Of a stretch of 64,000 nucleotides of DNA, positions 63,860 to 64,000 are shown piece after piece. Position 1 is the first letter of the stretch. Every line of letters begins with the position of its first letter. The notes under the pieces were generated by a model that was not told where the DNA came from, made no database searches, and worked only from the letters and a program-made list of their open reading frames with translations. This stretch comes from Harriotta raleighana. Taxonomy: Eukaryota. Both the position numbers and the translations under genes were made by a program. The DNA lies in contig JBNZDD010013687.1 of NCBI GenBank assembly GCA_050575255.1, forward strand, positions 4,202,082-4,266,081. Direction: 5' to 3'.

Positions 63860-64000
63860 AGTAGCTCTTGCTTGAAAATTAGAAGGTTCTGGATTCAAGC
63901 CTCAAGTAAGACTCAGAATCGCATAGTCTAAACTGACACTCAAATGCAGTGCAGAGAGTGTTGCATTTTCAGAGGTTCCAACCTTTGGATAAGATACTAA
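63860..64000 (+). mobile_element. Old Deu-domain SINE, 5' part (runs off the window)
   Basis: ggattcaagc...ctgacactcaaatgcagtgcagagagtgttgcattttcagagg...ctttggataagat aligns to the 61735 copy. Confidence 0.6.

Noticed and set aside
43207-64000. Additional upstream MIPOL1 coding exons
   Set aside because: I found no exon encoding the expected preceding sequence (ending approximately LRVYY). The region appears to be one long intron, and its short ORFs are repeat-derived or random.

Overview
Vertebrate genomic DNA, most likely a cartilaginous fish, inferred from the L2/CR1 LINE, tRNA-SINE, Deu-domain SINE and Penelope-type repeat content. The window holds the syntenic block TTC6(-) / FOXA1(+) / MIPOL1(-). 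FOXA1 is complete (exon 1 CDS 20350-20421, exon 2 CDS 22366-23727, about 477 aa). A 960-bp exact duplication joined by a single N gives a truncated first copy of exon 2 and is probably an assembly artefact. The last two MIPOL1 coding exons are at 42976-43206 and 37654-37720. A probable first coding exon of TTC6 is at 4659-5576, with a CpG-rich X-box/GC-box promoter near 9.3-9.7 kb. About 20 kb around FOXA1 (approx. 15-35 kb) is nearly transposon-free and keeps its CpGs despite being AT-rich, while the flanks are CpG-depleted and repeat-dense. I found no clearly new multi-gene system. The most notable non-genic signals are a near-perfect 38-bp hairpin grown out of an L2 tail, a decayed hammerhead-ribozyme core in a TSD-flanked Penelope-like insert, a 145-bp dispersed direct repeat, His/Asn repeat expansions in FOXA1 and a conserved-looking FOXA1 3'UTR with miRNA seed sites. 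Gene and repeat-family identities rest on recalled sequences and synteny, not on searches. Repeat boundaries are approximate.
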